DNA of 64,000 bases from NCBI GenBank assembly GCA_963711735.1, contig CAVQFA010000003.1:375830-439829 (forward strand), given 5' to 3'. Below are positions 9,567-19,258 of the stretch, in pieces. The notes below the pieces were generated by a model. It saw only the letters and a program-made list of their open reading frames with translations, did not search any database and was not told the DNA's origin. This stretch comes from Candidatus Gottesmanbacteria bacterium (lineage in GTDB: Bacteria > Patescibacteriota > Microgenomatia > UBA10105 > UBA927). The number at the start of each line of letters is the position of its first letter. The stretch's first letter is position 1. The translations under genes were made by a program, and so were the position numbers.

Positions 9567-10622
9567 TCACTGGGTCCATTCGGGTGATATTGCGGGAACA
9601 TAACCTACAAAACCGTCATCTCCTTCAAATACAAAAATAGGTTGAAGATACATTTGCGGTTCTAATGTGTCGTAATAGGCGAGGTACACTTTTCTGACGG
9701 TTATAACAGTGCCCTGTGTCGGGTAAGCGGGGATATACCCCCGTCCTTCCTGGAGATCAGTCCATGCTACCGTACTTGTTTTGAGCTTGTACGTAGCAAC
9801 CTGTTTATAATCTACCGGCCAGTATGTGTATCCCAGTTGCAAAAGGTGCTTTTTTTCGTCAGATGACAGGGAAAAGATGCACGAGATAAGGCCTTCTTTT
9901 GTGTACGGGGATACGACCGGAAGACCCCTGACTTGCGCACGGAACAAATCGACACGTACGGCGTCTGTTTCAACAACGCTTTGTGTTTCTACAAGAGTGC
10001 CTCCGGAGTATTTTAGGTATGTTATGACCGAAGGGCCATTTCGGAAATCTTCAGGCATGATGCCGTGTTCCTGGAGAAGTTTCTGTGCTTCCGTTTTTCC
10101 TATACTGGTTGCGTTTATTTGTTTACTTACCCAAAGCGAAGAATCCGTTTCATATGCATACCGGATCATAAAATTATTGGAGACGATGTCATACCGAAGT
10201 ATTCTGCCGGGTATTTCCGGATCATCAAATCTGTAGATATTCCTGCTTTCCTGTATCGGATCAGGTGAGAATTGGAAAGACGCCGCAAAATCTTCGGTTT
10301 TCGTAAGCGCAAGCAGGTTTGGGGAAGACTTAGGCATAAAATAAACCGCAGCAGACTCTGATGCACGGGGTACTGTTCCCTGTATCGTTTCCAGTTTAAA
10401 TGTAAAATTTGCCGACGGGCTGGCAATATTCGGAAACTGAACAGCCGGAAGTTTGCCGAATGCATGATTGGGAGGCGCCGGTTTCGGAGGAAAGATAAAA
10501 AGAAAGATTGCTAAGAGAATTGAGAGGACAATTCTGAGAATGATATACGCTATAATGCCGAGTATCGCATAGACGATACCCTTCCGTGCGTAATAAGCAG
10601 TTTCCGTGAGATTGGTCATCAT
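9567..10622 (-). CDS. hypothetical membrane-anchored protein (351 aa)
   Basis: N-terminal TM (IVYAILGIIAYIILRIVLSILLAIFLFIF) followed by a ~300-aa extracytoplasmic domain with no recognised motif. Confidence 0.45.
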   Translation of the reverse strand: MMTNLTETAYYARKGIVYAILGIIAYIILRIVLSILLAIFLFIFPPKPAPPNHAFGKLPAVQFPNIASPSANFTFKLETIQGTVPRASESAAVYFMPKSSPNLLALTKTEDFAASFQFSPDPIQESRNIYRFDDPEIPGRILRYDIVSNNFMIRYAYETDSSLWVSKQINATSIGKTEAQKLLQEHGIMPEDFRNGPSVITYLKYSGGTLVETQSVVETDAVRVDLFRAQVRGLPVVSPYTKEGLISCIFSLSSDEKKHLLQLGYTYWPVDYKQVATYKLKTSTVAWTDLQEGRGYIPAYPTQGTVITVRKVYLAYYDTLEPQMYLQPIFVFEGDDGFVGYVPAISPEWTQ

Positions 10623-10708
10623 CTTTGAGTATAAAGTGCATGCGTGTTAGAATCAATAAAGATAACGCATCACCTTCTTATGAATACATATCCGGTTATA
10701 TTTTGTAT

Positions 10709-12094
10709 ATGAAAGTCCGCACACGCATCGCACCATCCCCTACAGGTGAAAATTTACATATAGGAAATGCATATACGGCACTTATCAATTATGTATTTGC
10801 GAAAAAAAATAACGGTCAATTTATTGTCCGTATTGAAGACACGGACAGATCCAGGCTTGTAGAAGGGTCCGAAAAAAGAATCCTTGATTCATTACGATGG
10901 CTTGGGATCATCCATGATGAAGGTCCTGATATAGGAGGTCCGTTTGCCCCATACCGGCAATCCGACCGTTTGCCTCTTTACCGGCGGTACGCTGAAGAAT
11001 TGGTGGTAAATAAACACGCCTATTACTGCTTTTGTACACAGGAGCGCTTGGAGGAAATGAGAAAAACACAGGAAGCAGAGCATAAACCTCCCATGTATGA
11101 CGGAAAATGTAAGGCAATCGACAGTGATGAGGCAGAAACCAGGGTAAAAAAAGGTGAAAAGCATGTTATCCGGCTGAATATCCCGAAGGATGGTGTTACG
11201 AAGTTTCATGATCTTATAAGAGGTGATATCTCATTTGAAAACAAACTTATTGACGATCAGGTGATTCTCAAGTCTGACGGGTATCCTACATATCACCTTG
11301 GCGTTGTCGTAGATGACCATGTTATGGGAATCACGCATATTATACGGGGTGAAGAATGGATATCCTCGACTCCCAAACATATTCTCTTATACGATTTTTT
11401 CAAATGGGACAAGCCCGTATTTGCACACATGCCCTTACTTCGTAATCCCGACAAAAGTAAGTTATCCAAGAGAAAGAATCCCGTATGGGTGTCATGGTAC
11501 AGAAGTGAGGGATTTTTTCCCGAAGCAATCAGGAATTACTTGGCTACTCTTGCGTGGTCGAACCCAAAAGGTTCAGAAGTTTTTTCTACAGATGAAATGA
11601 TTACGTCATTTTCTCTCGATCAAATTCAGACAACCGCACCGATTTTCGACCGGGAAAAATTGCGGTGGATGAACGGGGTATACATAAGAGAAATGCAAAA
11701 ATCGGCAATAAAAAACCAAATTTATCATTTTTTTGATAAGAAATATCCTGAAGCATTGATTGAAAAAGTATTACCGCTTGTTGTTGAGCGCATGAAAACT
11801 CTGAAAGAATTTGCCTCTCTTGCAGGTTTTTTCTTTGAAAGACCCGGGGAGTATGAAAGGACTCCTGATAAAAAACACCTGTCTATCCTGAAAGATATAT
11901 TAGCCGAAAGCGTGTGGACACATGATGCTATGGAACAAACCATCCGGAAAAAGGCAGAAGGATTGGGGATAAAAGCAAAAGATATGTTTATGGATCTGCG
12001 CATTGCAGTGATGGGAAAAACAGTAGGCCCTCCTCTTCTGGAGTCTCTTGAAATTCTGGGGAAAGAAGAAAGCCTTGTGAGATTACGGATTTAA
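10709..12094 (+). CDS. gltX: glutamyl-tRNA synthetase
   Basis: Class I HIGH motif (PSPTGENLHIGNAYTALINY) and KMSKS-type motif (KLSKRKN). ATG at 10709 was chosen over the ORF-track start at 10625. The stop overlaps the era stop (convergent). Confidence 0.85.
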   Translation: MKVRTRIAPSPTGENLHIGNAYTALINYVFAKKNNGQFIVRIEDTDRSRLVEGSEKRILDSLRWLGIIHDEGPDIGGPFAPYRQSDRLPLYRRYAEELVVNKHAYYCFCTQERLEEMRKTQEAEHKPPMYDGKCKAIDSDEAETRVKKGEKHVIRLNIPKDGVTKFHDLIRGDISFENKLIDDQVILKSDGYPTYHLGVVVDDHVMGITHIIRGEEWISSTPKHILLYDFFKWDKPVFAHMPLLRNPDKSKLSKRKNPVWVSWYRSEGFFPEAIRNYLATLAWSNPKGSEVFSTDEMITSFSLDQIQTTAPIFDREKLRWMNGVYIREMQKSAIKNQIYHFFDKKYPEALIEKVLPLVVERMKTLKEFASLAGFFFERPGEYERTPDKKHLSILKDILAESVWTHDAMEQTIRKKAEGLGIKAKDMFMDLRIAVMGKTVGPPLLESLEILGKEESLVRLRI

Positions 12095-12954
12095 TTTAAA
12101 TATTCTATCCAGTGAGGGTCAGTTTCGACTGTCAGATCCAGAAATACCTTACGGTTCCCGGCCACTTCCAGTTCTTTGCGCGCAGCCATGGAGATTTCTT
12201 TTATCATCACTCCGTTTTTTCCGATGATCATCGCTTTATACCTGTCAGCCCCGGTTAATATCCGTGCTTTTACGTACATTGTGTTATTTTCCCTGTTGCT
12301 TATTTCATCAACGATGACCGTCATGGTGTACGGCACTTCCCGTCTGAGATTCAAAAATGCCTTCTCCCGGATGATTTCGGAGATAAACAATCTGCTGTCA
12401 AGGTTTAGACCCGGTTGTACGAGAGTTGTTGTGTCGACGATTGCATCCCTTTCCGGCAGATAGGAAAAAATGAGATCCAGAAGCCTGTTGAGATTGGATC
12501 GTGTCAGTGCTGACACTTCGATGACAGCATCAAATTCACTCTGGAGAAATTTATATTGCACGATATATGTCGGCTTTTTTATATCGATTTTATTTATAAC
12601 CAGTATTTTTTTTGCATTGATTTTCCGCACTATCCCGATTACACGGTTTTCTTCAAAACTCCTGTCCCTCGTATGATCCACCAGATATAATACGATATCT
12701 ATATCCCGCATGAGGCTTTCTTCCGCCTTTGTATTTACCCGTTTTGATGCAGCATCATCGGCATGCGCAAAAACTCCGGGTGTATCGATAAACAGGATTT
12801 GTCCGCGTTCATCCTCAAATACGGCTTCTATGGCAAATCTCGTTGTCTGCGGTTTCGGGGACGTTATGGATACCTTGTGCCCAAGGATATTATTGAGGAG
12901 TGTTGATTTGCCGGAGTTCGGACGCCCAACGAGCGCTACAATACCTGCTTTCAT
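12091..12954 (-). CDS. era: GTPase Era
   Basis: G1 motif GRPNSGKST, G2 T (QTTR), G3 DTPG, G4 NKID, and a C-terminal KH domain. Start set at MKAGIVALVG. Confidence 0.85.
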   Translation of the reverse strand: MKAGIVALVGRPNSGKSTLLNNILGHKVSITSPKPQTTRFAIEAVFEDERGQILFIDTPGVFAHADDAASKRVNTKAEESLMRDIDIVLYLVDHTRDRSFEENRVIGIVRKINAKKILVINKIDIKKPTYIVQYKFLQSEFDAVIEVSALTRSNLNRLLDLIFSYLPERDAIVDTTTLVQPGLNLDSRLFISEIIREKAFLNLRREVPYTMTVIVDEISNRENNTMYVKARILTGADRYKAMIIGKNGVMIKEISMAARKELEVAGNRKVFLDLTVETDPHWIEYLN

Positions 12955-13039
12955 GTGCGTATTGTATACTATTACAGCCTGTCTATGCATATTTGTTGTA
13001 ATGTATTTTAAAGAGTAAAGCTGGTATTTTTTTGTTTGT

Positions 13040-13582
13040 ATGGACAAAAATGAACATTTATCAGATGAATTATTGGTTACCCGCATACAGAACGGGGACA
13101 TTCCGGCATATGAGATACTCGTCCGTCGTTACCAGAATAAACTGCTGCGGTTTGCCCGGCGTATTGTGAATAATACTGAAGATGCGGAAGAGGTCGTGCA
13201 GGATACGTTCATCAATCTGTATAAGACAGTAGAAAGAATTGATACAGCCAAAAAATTTACTTCCTATTTATATACAGTAGCGAAAAATTCCGCAATTTCA
13301 TACGTACGAAAAAGGCACATGCATGTTTCTGTTCAGGATATACCGGAGATTCCGGACGAATCCCTGACACCGGAGGAGTTTACGGAAAAAGCCGTAATCA
13401 AAGAGTCTATAAAAACGTCACTGCATAAGCTTCCCGTTAAATATCGGACCGTTATCTCTCTTTACTATTTCCGCGATTTGTCGTATGAAGAGATTGCCGG
13501 GAAATTGGATATACCGATCAATACTGTACGTACTCATATTAAACGTGCAAAAGAAATGCTTGTTGGGATTATTAAACCATGA
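13040..13582 (+). CDS. ECF-type RNA polymerase sigma factor (sigma-70 regions 2 and 4)
   Basis: Region 2 (YEILVRRYQNKLLRFARRIV...VQDTFINLYK) and a region 4 HTH (LSYEEIAGKLDIPINTVRTHIKRAKEML). 180 aa. Confidence 0.8.
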   Translation: MDKNEHLSDELLVTRIQNGDIPAYEILVRRYQNKLLRFARRIVNNTEDAEEVVQDTFINLYKTVERIDTAKKFTSYLYTVAKNSAISYVRKRHMHVSVQDIPEIPDESLTPEEFTEKAVIKESIKTSLHKLPVKYRTVISLYYFRDLSYEEIAGKLDIPINTVRTHIKRAKEMLVGIIKP

Positions 13583-14445
13583 ATAACGATGAACTGACAT
13601 CATCAGTCATGAAACGCGTAGTGAGTTTCGAAAAACGGCGCATTTCGCGTTTTTTCATTCTGTTTACATCCGTATTGGCCGGACTTATATTTGTATTTGT
13701 TCTTGTTTCCGCAAGAGTGATTGCGGACCTGAATACACAGGGTTCGTGGGATATTCTGGATTTTTTCCGGGAAGATTGGGAAATTATTTCCGAATTCTGG
13801 CAGGATTCCGTACTCACTTTTCTCATGGAATTTCCTGTTTACAAAGCGATTATTGCCGTAGCATCACTTATATGTATCGGTGTTATTATTCTTGCAACAG
13901 CGCATAAACGTGATAATCTGCAGAAAAAGATTCGCTCAATAGATCTGTCCGGTATACAATATTATAAGGAGGACATGCATATGGCCAAAAATACAATCGT
14001 GAGTGTTGTTATTGTAGTTATTCTTGCACTTGCCGGGTCTTTATTTGTATATATGCAAACAGGGAGGAAGAATACCGTATCAGAAAACAACAAAGGGACT
14101 TTTCCCGCAGAAGAAAGGAGCGGATCTTTGGAGACAGAACCGGTTAATGAATCTCCGGGTACGATATCCACAACCGCACCATCTTCACCAATGACACTTA
14201 CTGTATCATACCCGCTTGACAGGGCAACGGTATCAACCGCCGGAATTACTGTGAAAGGCACGACCTCACCGCAGGCCGAAGTATTTGTGAATGAAACGGA
14301 AGTGGTTGCAAATGCAAACGGTGCTTTTTCGGCATATATTACGCTGGAGGAGGGTGACAACTATATTGTCATCGTTGCAACGGACCAGGACGGTAATTCT
14401 GTTGAAAAAGAGATGACGGTAAATGTCGAAAGCAGTAATGAATAA
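13579..14445 (+). CDS. putative anti-sigma factor (single-pass membrane protein with a C-terminal Ig-like/Big domain)
   Basis: Start overlaps the sigma gene stop (ATGA). Short cytoplasmic N-terminus, one TM, then a Pro/Thr-rich linker and a Big-like beta domain. The role is inferred from position only. Confidence 0.45.
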   Translation: MNNDELTSSVMKRVVSFEKRRISRFFILFTSVLAGLIFVFVLVSARVIADLNTQGSWDILDFFREDWEIISEFWQDSVLTFLMEFPVYKAIIAVASLICIGVIILATAHKRDNLQKKIRSIDLSGIQYYKEDMHMAKNTIVSVVIVVILALAGSLFVYMQTGRKNTVSENNKGTFPAEERSGSLETEPVNESPGTISTTAPSSPMTLTVSYPLDRATVSTAGITVKGTTSPQAEVFVNETEVVANANGAFSAYITLEEGDNYIVIVATDQDGNSVEKEMTVNVESSNE

Positions 14446-14495
14446 TGAAACTTTTTCCCTTTGTGGCGCGTATTATCTATGAAAGAGAGGAATCT

Positions 14496-15185
14496 ATGAA
14501 TTATATGAAGAAATTTGCAGTTATGACCGTATTAAGTTTTTTTGCTGTTACTCCTGTTGCTGCCGCAACCCAAAACACGATAAGATCCACTGTCCGGGGA
14601 CAGATTAGAGAAAACGTGGCATCCCGCGTAGGAGAACTCAAGAAATTTTTTTCGAGAAAAGCAATAATCAAAGGGAAAGTTATAGCCAAATCCGGAAATG
14701 TTCTGACGGTTGATAAGGACGGTATTTCCTATACTGTTAACGTTGATGCAAATACAAAAATACGGAGACGGTTTTACGGCAAAGCGACACTGGATGACAT
14801 CCTTGTCGGGCACGAAGTGAACGTGTTCGGGAAATGGACCGATGATACACAAAAAACAATTCAGGCTACATTAATCCGTGATATATCCATCCAGAAGAGG
14901 TTTGGGGTTTTTGTCGGCCAGGTGACGGCAATTTCCGGAAACGATATTACGCTCGCGACTGTAAGCCGTGGCACACAAAAGGTTACTGTTTCAGCGTCAA
15001 CTAAGCTCGTGAGCAGAAACATGACACCTATTGTATTATCGGATATCCTTGTAGGGCACCGTATCCGAGTTAAAGGCATGTGGGATCGTGCATTCAATAC
15101 CATTACGGAAGTAACCCAGGTGAAAGATTATAATTTACCTGTACGTCCTACACGCGCACCAACTCCGACAGCAGCTGCTGAGTAG
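14496..15185 (+). CDS. secreted protein with two tandem ~85-aa repeats (DUF5666-like)
   Basis: Signal peptide (MNYMKKFAVMTVLSFFAVTPVAAA). Two clearly homologous repeats (G.V.A.SGN..T......T..V.V.A.TK......L.DILVGH...V.G.W). GAGAGG SD 5 nt upstream. Confidence 0.5.
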   Translation: MNYMKKFAVMTVLSFFAVTPVAAATQNTIRSTVRGQIRENVASRVGELKKFFSRKAIIKGKVIAKSGNVLTVDKDGISYTVNVDANTKIRRRFYGKATLDDILVGHEVNVFGKWTDDTQKTIQATLIRDISIQKRFGVFVGQVTAISGNDITLATVSRGTQKVTVSASTKLVSRNMTPIVLSDILVGHRIRVKGMWDRAFNTITEVTQVKDYNLPVRPTRAPTPTAAAE

Positions 15186-15256
15186 CATACAGTTGCAATA
15201 CCTGAATAGTTCCGGATACTTACGGGCGTGAGTCCGAAAAACCGTATTGTATTTTT

Positions 15257-16096
15257 ATGGATAATTACGACATACTTCGTCCTTCTGATATTTCCGATTT
15301 CCGGACAAAAATATTTTCCTGGTGGAAAACCCACAAGCGTGATCTGCCGTGGCGTCATACAAAGGATCCGTATAAGATACTGATTTCAGAGGTCATGCTT
15401 CAGCAGACGCAGGTTTCCCGGGTAGAACCCGTATACAGGAAGTTTATTACAAAATATCCGGATGTGCGGTCTTTATCAAAAGCAACGAAAGGCGATGTGC
15501 TTCGTGCCTGGAAAGGGATGGGTTATAACAGGAGAGCGTTATATTTATTATCAACTGCTATAAAAATAGTAAATTTACACAACGGAATATTTCCAAAGAC
15601 CCAGAAAGAACTAACTCAATTTCCCGGGTTGGGTATATATACTGCCCGGGCAATTATGGTATTTGCGTATAAAAAAGATATTGCCGCAGTAGATGTAAAC
15701 ATAAAAAAGATTATTACAAAATATTTTTTCAATGACCGAATTCCGACGTATGCGGAAATACAGCACGTTGCGGATCAGTTAGTTCCTTCAGGAAAATCAT
15801 GGCAGTGGCATCAGGCACTCATGGATTACGGGAGCCTGGAGATGACAAAACAAATACATAAAAATACGCCGAGTCCGTTGAAAAAGCATTCCGTACCGTT
15901 TCGCAAGTCGAAACGGTATATTCGGGGAAAAATAATTGACATACTACGGATTCATTCCATACGGAAAGATACCTTAATGGAAAAATTGCTGAAAATGAGT
16001 GAAAAATCAGAGGAAGAGATCATTGAAATACTTACAAATCTTCGTGACGAAGGACTTATCAGCATTAAGGGGAATATTGTTGAACTCCCTGTGTAA
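15257..16096 (+). CDS. HhH-GPD DNA glycosylase, MutY/endonuclease III family (no NUDIX-like C-terminal domain)
   Basis: N-terminus matches the MutY family (WWKTHKRDLPWRHTKDPYKILISEVMLQQTQV), HhH (LPGLGIYTARAIMVFAY), and conserved D (ALMDYGS). Only 279 aa. Confidence 0.7.
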   Translation: MDNYDILRPSDISDFRTKIFSWWKTHKRDLPWRHTKDPYKILISEVMLQQTQVSRVEPVYRKFITKYPDVRSLSKATKGDVLRAWKGMGYNRRALYLLSTAIKIVNLHNGIFPKTQKELTQFPGLGIYTARAIMVFAYKKDIAAVDVNIKKIITKYFFNDRIPTYAEIQHVADQLVPSGKSWQWHQALMDYGSLEMTKQIHKNTPSPLKKHSVPFRKSKRYIRGKIIDILRIHSIRKDTLMEKLLKMSEKSEEEIIEILTNLRDEGLISIKGNIVELPV

Positions 16097-16102
16097 TTAT
16101 AT

Positions 16103-17272
16103 TTATTGTCCGAATATATAGAGTTCTTTTTCAGCGCGGGTGACAGCAGTATAAAGCCACCGGCGCCACATTTCATCATCCATTTTCCCGAACCGTTCTT
16201 CAAATAAAATGACCCTCTTTGACTGACTGCCCTGCGCTTTATGAACTGTCAGTGCATATCCGAAATCAAAGAGGTCTCCTTTTACGGTTTCTTTGCGCAT
16301 GTTTGAAAAATTTAATCCGCTTTCAGCATTAAACTGTTGTTTGGAGATGAAACCGCGATAATGTCCAACTTCTCCGTCCATGGCAATTTCTGCTTCATAC
16401 CATTCTTTGTCTGCAGATTTTATCCGGACAACGGTTCCGAGCATTCCGTTATAAATATTTTCTTTATGGTTATTTCTCAGACATATAATTCGGTCACCGC
16501 TTGAAGGAGTCTCTGTATCAAATCCGAGAGAATTACGGATATACGCATTCAGTTTTTGTCTCGTACGGTTATATCCGCAAAGGACGAGCGTATCCGGAGT
16601 ATATGATGAAAGCAGCTCCGACATCCGCTCCTGGCCGTCCGGGTCATCATGACCGTATTTAATAACTTTTTGGGAATATTTTCCGGGATCTATTGAGCCT
16701 TTTGTCCGTGCCTGTATGGATATTGCAATGATGGGATTACCTTCTGCCTGTCTGTGTATATGTTCCAGAAGCAAATTCGGTTTTTGCATAAGATTAAACG
16801 AACCCTGTATGGGAGGAAGCTGTCCATGGTCTCCGACAACGATGATAGGAATCCGGTATGACAGGAGGTTTTGCCATATGAGGGCATCAACCATGGATGC
16901 CTCGTCAATAATGATTAAATCCCTGTCGATAGAGTCTTTTGTTTTCCATCCGATGATTTCCCCGTTGTCATTGAGTATCGGGGAATAGATAAGGGAGTGT
17001 ATGGTTCCTATGGTATCCTGTTTATACAGTACGTTCTCCTCCCTGATTTTCCCGTTAAGGACACGTGCAGCTTTGCCGGTATAGCTCGCAAACCCGACCT
17101 TTAATGATGTATTTATTATGTTGAGGTTTTTTCTCAGGACCGCTATGAGTGTAGTTTTACCGGTTCCTGCATATCCGCCGAGCGTGACGTACTGCATGGC
17201 ATGCCGGTCTTTTTTATACCAGATCAGAAGTTCATTGAGCGCTTTTTTCTGATCATCCGAAAGATTCTGCAT
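16103..17272 (-). CDS. RecD/Dda/PIF1-like SF1 DNA helicase
   Basis: Walker A (GYAGTGKTT), Walker B (IIIDEASMVD), and motifs VVGDHGQLPPI, YALTVHKAQGSQ, TAVTRAEKELYIF. Compact at 389 aa. Confidence 0.7.
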   Translation of the reverse strand: MQNLSDDQKKALNELLIWYKKDRHAMQYVTLGGYAGTGKTTLIAVLRKNLNIINTSLKVGFASYTGKAARVLNGKIREENVLYKQDTIGTIHSLIYSPILNDNGEIIGWKTKDSIDRDLIIIDEASMVDALIWQNLLSYRIPIIVVGDHGQLPPIQGSFNLMQKPNLLLEHIHRQAEGNPIIAISIQARTKGSIDPGKYSQKVIKYGHDDPDGQERMSELLSSYTPDTLVLCGYNRTRQKLNAYIRNSLGFDTETPSSGDRIICLRNNHKENIYNGMLGTVVRIKSADKEWYEAEIAMDGEVGHYRGFISKQQFNAESGLNFSNMRKETVKGDLFDFGYALTVHKAQGSQSKRVILFEERFGKMDDEMWRRWLYTAVTRAEKELYIFGQ

Positions 17273-17321
17273 ACGGAGTAACTATAAAGTATCTGAAGGT
17301 ATGAGTAAATGAATCCCGTTT

Positions 17322-17543
17322 TTATGATTGTTTATTTTTCTTAAAAAAATTTCCGAATATTTCCCTCAGGTCAATGCCGAAGTAGGCCAGAGCTGAGAGG
17401 AAAAGAAATGTAGCGGCTCCTTCATCGAGATTGCCGATAAACGGAATATTGTCAGGAATAAATTCAAACACCCCCATTCCGGGATTGATGAGGTATAGCG
17501 TTGACATTAAACCGATGAATCCTACAAACAATTGTTTGACCAT
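17322..17543 (-). CDS. DUF1232 (YkvA-like) small membrane protein
   Basis: Family motif IPDNIPFIGNLDEGA between two hydrophobic segments. 73 aa. Confidence 0.5.
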   Translation of the reverse strand: MVKQLFVGFIGLMSTLYLINPGMGVFEFIPDNIPFIGNLDEGAATFLFLSALAYFGIDLREIFGNFFKKNKQS

Positions 17544-17593
17544 TATGCTATATACTATATACTATTCACTCTCATAAAAACAAATAGCACCGT

Positions 17594-18373
17594 ATGTCAG
17601 AACAAGGACAAAATTTATCTTCTGTTGAACACATTCGTCAGATAGTTAAAGATAAATCTTGGTATGGTTTAGGCCCCAAAGGGGAATTTAACTGGGATTT
17701 AAGCGTGCAAAATATTGCAGATACCATCCATAAAGATCCGAAGCTCGTTCACGAAGCTATCGCGAGTGCATTTACTGAAGCATGCTTAAGTTGCGTCCAA
17801 GAGGATGATGGAAACGGAAGTTTTCAACTTGAACCGTTAGTTTCAGTATTGAAAAAAAAGGGAATTCCGTATTATGTATGGACAGTTGGGGATAAAGATT
17901 GGCAAAAAATAAAATTTGAGAGATCTACAGCGTCAGAATATGTTGATGATGAACATTTTATTTCCTGCGGATCAAATAAAGTTGAAAGATTGAGACAATT
18001 ATTACTAACAATACCTGTTGATGAGGTAAAAAATACTTTAACGCACGTTATTGCAGTTGACGATAAAGATCATATTCTTTATGAAGTTATGCAACTATCT
18101 GATAGCGTTCTTCCTCATGTCATTCTTCATAATTATCATATGAAGTTATCTGATCCTCGTGCAAATCCGACTGCATTTATTTCTCATTTACACAGGATGA
18201 TGAATGAACACCAAAACGAAAAATTTATTATTTTTTTGGATTTTGACGGAGTGGTTGCTGATACAGATTCGGTATTATTCAACCAAGCGTCAGAAAACCT
18301 TGCGGTTCTCCGAGGTGCTATAATCCTAAATCCGGCGCTATTTTTTGCATTGCGGCAAGACAGATTTCGATAA
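17594..18373 (+). CDS. hypothetical protein; the C-terminal ~25 aa resemble HAD motif I and run 56 bp into the convergent HD gene
   Basis: 259-aa ORF, visibly more AT-rich than its neighbours. It ends with FIIFLDFDGVVADTD, a DxDG HAD motif-I-like string, but no further HAD domain follows. Possibly a truncated remnant. Confidence 0.4.
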   Translation: MSEQGQNLSSVEHIRQIVKDKSWYGLGPKGEFNWDLSVQNIADTIHKDPKLVHEAIASAFTEACLSCVQEDDGNGSFQLEPLVSVLKKKGIPYYVWTVGDKDWQKIKFERSTASEYVDDEHFISCGSNKVERLRQLLLTIPVDEVKNTLTHVIAVDDKDHILYEVMQLSDSVLPHVILHNYHMKLSDPRANPTAFISHLHRMMNEHQNEKFIIFLDFDGVVADTDSVLFNQASENLAVLRGAIILNPALFFALRQDRFR

Positions 18374-18914
18374 ATTTTTCAAGCGGAATATTGAGTCCTT
18401 CTTCTTTGCTGCACAGAGCTACTTCATCTCGCCTCGTTCCTGCCGCGAAATTCGGTTGCTTAAGGAACCGCTTGAGTACGGATGATGTTTTTACCTCAGC
18501 TAGTTTTTTCGTCGGATAAATAAGGGCTACAGCCGTGATAAGTCCGGTTAAGCTGTCTGCACAAAATATCGTCCAATCGGCCTGGGAAACAGGATTTATT
18601 CCCGAGTGTTTTGCCGCGTGTGCCTGGATAATTCTGTGTACGGCATCAGATATGGTCAGTCCGTACTTTGCCAGCGCCTCTCTTGTTTTATGAGGATGAT
18701 CGTCTTTAAACTCTCCGGAGTAATCTATGTCATGGATAAGTCCTGCCAAAAGCCAGTCTTCTTTTATCGGCTCATCGGGACGGAATTGCCCGTTTGATTT
18801 TAGGTACTCGTATACACCGTCCATGCATGCTTCAACGGCAAGCGAGTGCCGGAAAATATTTATCTCAAGTTGTGTTTTTATGGCATCGAGATACTTTTGC
18901 CGGTTATAATCCAT
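18318..18914 (-). CDS. HD-domain phosphohydrolase
   Basis: H...HD signature (FRHSLAVEA...LAGLIHDIDYS) and a conserved downstream D. 198 aa. Confidence 0.65.
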   Translation of the reverse strand: MDYNRQKYLDAIKTQLEINIFRHSLAVEACMDGVYEYLKSNGQFRPDEPIKEDWLLAGLIHDIDYSGEFKDDHPHKTREALAKYGLTISDAVHRIIQAHAAKHSGINPVSQADWTIFCADSLTGLITAVALIYPTKKLAEVKTSSVLKRFLKQPNFAAGTRRDEVALCSKEEGLNIPLEKFIEICLAAMQKIAPDLGL

Positions 18915-19036
18915 ATATATATACAGTGATCAGTATTATAAATCTTCATTGAATATTGTCATATAAGCATTGTTATTGCCGGAAAAGGTCATCAGTGGAT
19001 ATAATATCTTTTTATTGTATAATAAGATGTTTAATT

Positions 19037-19258
19037 ATGGACATTCTACTTGCAATCATCCAGGGAGCAGGAATATTTTTAGCACTTCCGTCAAAGGCGC
19101 ATGCGTATCTTGATCCCGGTACCGGAAGTTATGTTTTTCAGCTTTTGGTAGCCGGGCTTCTCGGAGGATCGTTTTTCTTTAAATCCATATATAAAAAAAT
19201 AAAAGGAAAATTGAAAAAAGATACCGAAAATGAAAAAACAACCAGCAGTGATAAATGA
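19037..19258 (+). CDS. hypothetical small membrane protein (74 aa)
   Basis: Two hydrophobic helices and a Lys-rich tail. Its end overlaps the next gene by 29 nt. Weak call. Confidence 0.3.
   Translation: MDILLAIIQGAGIFLALPSKAHAYLDPGTGSYVFQLLVAGLLGGSFFFKSIYKKIKGKLKKDTENEKTTSSDK

Noticed and set aside
18606-18909. Small + strand ORFs (63 and 60 aa) inside the HD gene as possible continuation of the HAD-like remnant
   Set aside because: Neither continues a HAD fold (no motif II/III strings). They are antisense to a well-supported HD-domain gene.
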